Below are positions 47,101 through 48,941 of a stretch of DNA of 48,941 bases, piece after piece; position 1 is the stretch's first letter, and every line of letters begins with the position of its first letter. A program made the translations under genes and the position numbers. The stretch is from positions 1-48,941 of the forward strand of contig JAEOTZ010000043.1 of the NCBI GenBank assembly GCA_016839585.1. Reading direction: 5' to 3'. The notes beneath the pieces were generated by a model that saw only the letters and a list, made by a program, of their open reading frames with translations, had not been told where the DNA came from and did no database searches. The stretch is from Promethearchaeota archaeon (GTDB lineage: Archaea > Asgardarchaeota > Lokiarchaeia > Sigyniarchaeales > SOKP01).

Positions 47101-48888
47101 TTGAAAGTAGATAATTTAGATACAAAAAAAATCATTTTAAGAAAATTAATTAATTCGGGGATAAATGTCAGTCCCCCTATATTGGATTTTTTCCTAAATC
47201 TAGATGATCCAATAAAAAGTGTTGATCAGATCATTAAAGATACAAGTTTTATTCCCAATTTTAATAGTCATTTAACCAAAAATATTTTAAAAAAAATTTC
47301 AAATACCGAAATTCAAAATGTTTTAAAAAGAACACTATTAAAGGCAAAAATTTTACCAAATAAAGATAATTTAACTTTGCAAGAATCTAGTGGCATAAAA
47401 TCTTCAAGCGAATTTAATAAATATCAAACTAGTGAAAAATTAATAGAGATTAAAGAAACTACTGAGAGTCTTCAGGGAATTAAGAATAATCAAGAAGTCC
47501 CTAAAATTGAACCTATATCTCATGATTACTCTAAAGTAATCCCCAAATTTATTGAAAAGAAAAGAAAAAAAACATTCGAAAGCACAAAATCATCATTAGG
47601 AATTTACCCAATTGCGAAAGAATATGATTCTAACTATGAAATTTTAAAAGATCCAACCGGAAAATTATATACAAACGGAGAGTATAAAGATTTTTATGAT
47701 CTTACGGTGGATAAATTTAATCAACTACGAACTTTAATGAAAAAAAGACCAGATGTTTCATCAGCACATAATATTAACAATATATTAAGATTATCTAATA
47801 AAGTCGAAGTATCAGTTATAGGCTTAGTAAATGAAATCCGCAAAACTAAAAATGGAAATTTTTTTTTAGTTTTAGAAGATCTTACTGGTCAAATTAACGT
47901 TCTAATCAAAAATGATTCTGAAAATCGAGATAATGTGAAAATTGCTGAAAGAATTCTAAATGATCAATTAATATATGTTGAAGGGACTTATAATCCTAGA
48001 GAAAAAGGTAAAAGTGGCATAATTTATGGTGTATATGTTGCAAAAATAGATATACCAACTGATTTCGAGCCAAATAAAGCACCTGTTCCATTATCAATTG
48101 CTTTAATTTCAGATACTCATATTGGAAGCAGGGAATTTGAAGAATCATTATTAAAAAGATTCATAGATTTTCTGAATGGTAAAATTGGGAATAAAAATTT
48201 AAGAGAAATTGCAGGAAAAATAAAATATATCATTATTAATGGAGATTTAGTTGACGGGATTGGAGTTTATCCATCACAACGAGATGATCTTATAATACCA
48301 GACATTTATAATCAATTTAAAAAAGCTTCAGAATTATTTTCAGAAATTCCAGAATATATAGAAATATTTTATAGTCCAGGTAACCATGAACCTGTAAGGA
48401 ATGCAATTCCTAGACCTTCAGTCCCTAAAAAATATGTGGAAGATTTAATTAATATTGGATTTAAAACTATAGGAAATCCTTCTATTATTCAAACTCATAA
48501 CGTAAATACATTAATATATCACGGAGATAGTATACTTGATTTGAATGTATTGATACCAGAACTTGAAAACAATAAACCTATTGAAACCATGAAAGAATTA
48601 CTTAGATGTAGGCATTTAGCTCCAACTTATGGAAAAAAGACGCAAATTGCACCGATTAATAAAGATTGGCTAATAATTGATAAAATTCCTGAAATATTTC
48701 ATACTGGTCATGTACATATCAATGGAATTGGTAAATACAGGAATGTTACTTTAGTTAACTCTGGTTGTTTTCAAGCTCAAACTGATTTTATGAAAAGTTT
48801 TGGAATTAATCCTACTCCTGGAATAGTTCCTATTATTGAACTTGACACTTTTAAAAGTATTGAACTAAACTTAAAAAATAATAATTAA
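47101..48888 (+). CDS. polB: DNA polymerase D small subunit DP1 (proofreading exonuclease)
   Basis: OB fold (LEDLTG); ISDTHIGS, GDLVDGIGVYP.Q, PGNHE, YHG, RHLAPTYG, HTGHVH and NSGCFQ.QT motifs. Confidence 0.96.
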   Translation: MKVDNLDTKKIILRKLINSGINVSPPILDFFLNLDDPIKSVDQIIKDTSFIPNFNSHLTKNILKKISNTEIQNVLKRTLLKAKILPNKDNLTLQESSGIKSSSEFNKYQTSEKLIEIKETTESLQGIKNNQEVPKIEPISHDYSKVIPKFIEKKRKKTFESTKSSLGIYPIAKEYDSNYEILKDPTGKLYTNGEYKDFYDLTVDKFNQLRTLMKKRPDVSSAHNINNILRLSNKVEVSVIGLVNEIRKTKNGNFFLVLEDLTGQINVLIKNDSENRDNVKIAERILNDQLIYVEGTYNPREKGKSGIIYGVYVAKIDIPTDFEPNKAPVPLSIALISDTHIGSREFEESLLKRFIDFLNGKIGNKNLREIAGKIKYIIINGDLVDGIGVYPSQRDDLIIPDIYNQFKKASELFSEIPEYIEIFYSPGNHEPVRNAIPRPSVPKKYVEDLINIGFKTIGNPSIIQTHNVNTLIYHGDSILDLNVLIPELENNKPIETMKELLRCRHLAPTYGKKTQIAPINKDWLIIDKIPEIFHTGHVHINGIGKYRNVTLVNSGCFQAQTDFMKSFGINPTPGIVPIIELDTFKSIELNLKNNN

Positions 48889-48941
48889 CTATTATGATAT
48901 CATAAAAGAAATTGAATTCTAATGAAATTTACAATTCCTCG

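Overview
This is a very AT-rich archaeal chromosomal segment that looks like Asgard archaea, most likely Lokiarchaeia. That call rests on a Loki-type profilin, four small GTPases (two Rab-like, one Rag-like, one roadblock-Rab fusion) and a Loki-CTERM-type surface protein. The right half is housekeeping: nrdD, NAC, PUA protein, PAN, MBF1, TFE, unsplit rpoB, rpoH, cbf5, thiL and divergent PolD DP2/DP1. There are four tRNA genes, two with introns, one of them at a non-canonical T-loop site. About 11.7-22.6 kb is accessory: a beta-propeller/beta-helix surface protein, a HEPN-motif ORF, a PD-(D/E)xK nuclease-like protein, a membrane-anchored HerA/VirB4-like ATPase and a coupled acidic protein carrying an extein-less intein/LAGLIDADG module. 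The top finding is a strongly eukaryote-like Rab GTPase gene (6477..8205) interrupted in its TIGVDF switch-I motif by a 31-nt GC-rich insert (6607..6637). The insert folds into a relaxed bulge-helix-bulge, and its predicted cut sites exactly restore the Asp codon and the reading frame. It is a candidate mRNA intron spliced by the tRNA endonuclease in a eukaryotic-signature gene. All calls come from reading motifs by eye; no searches were run.
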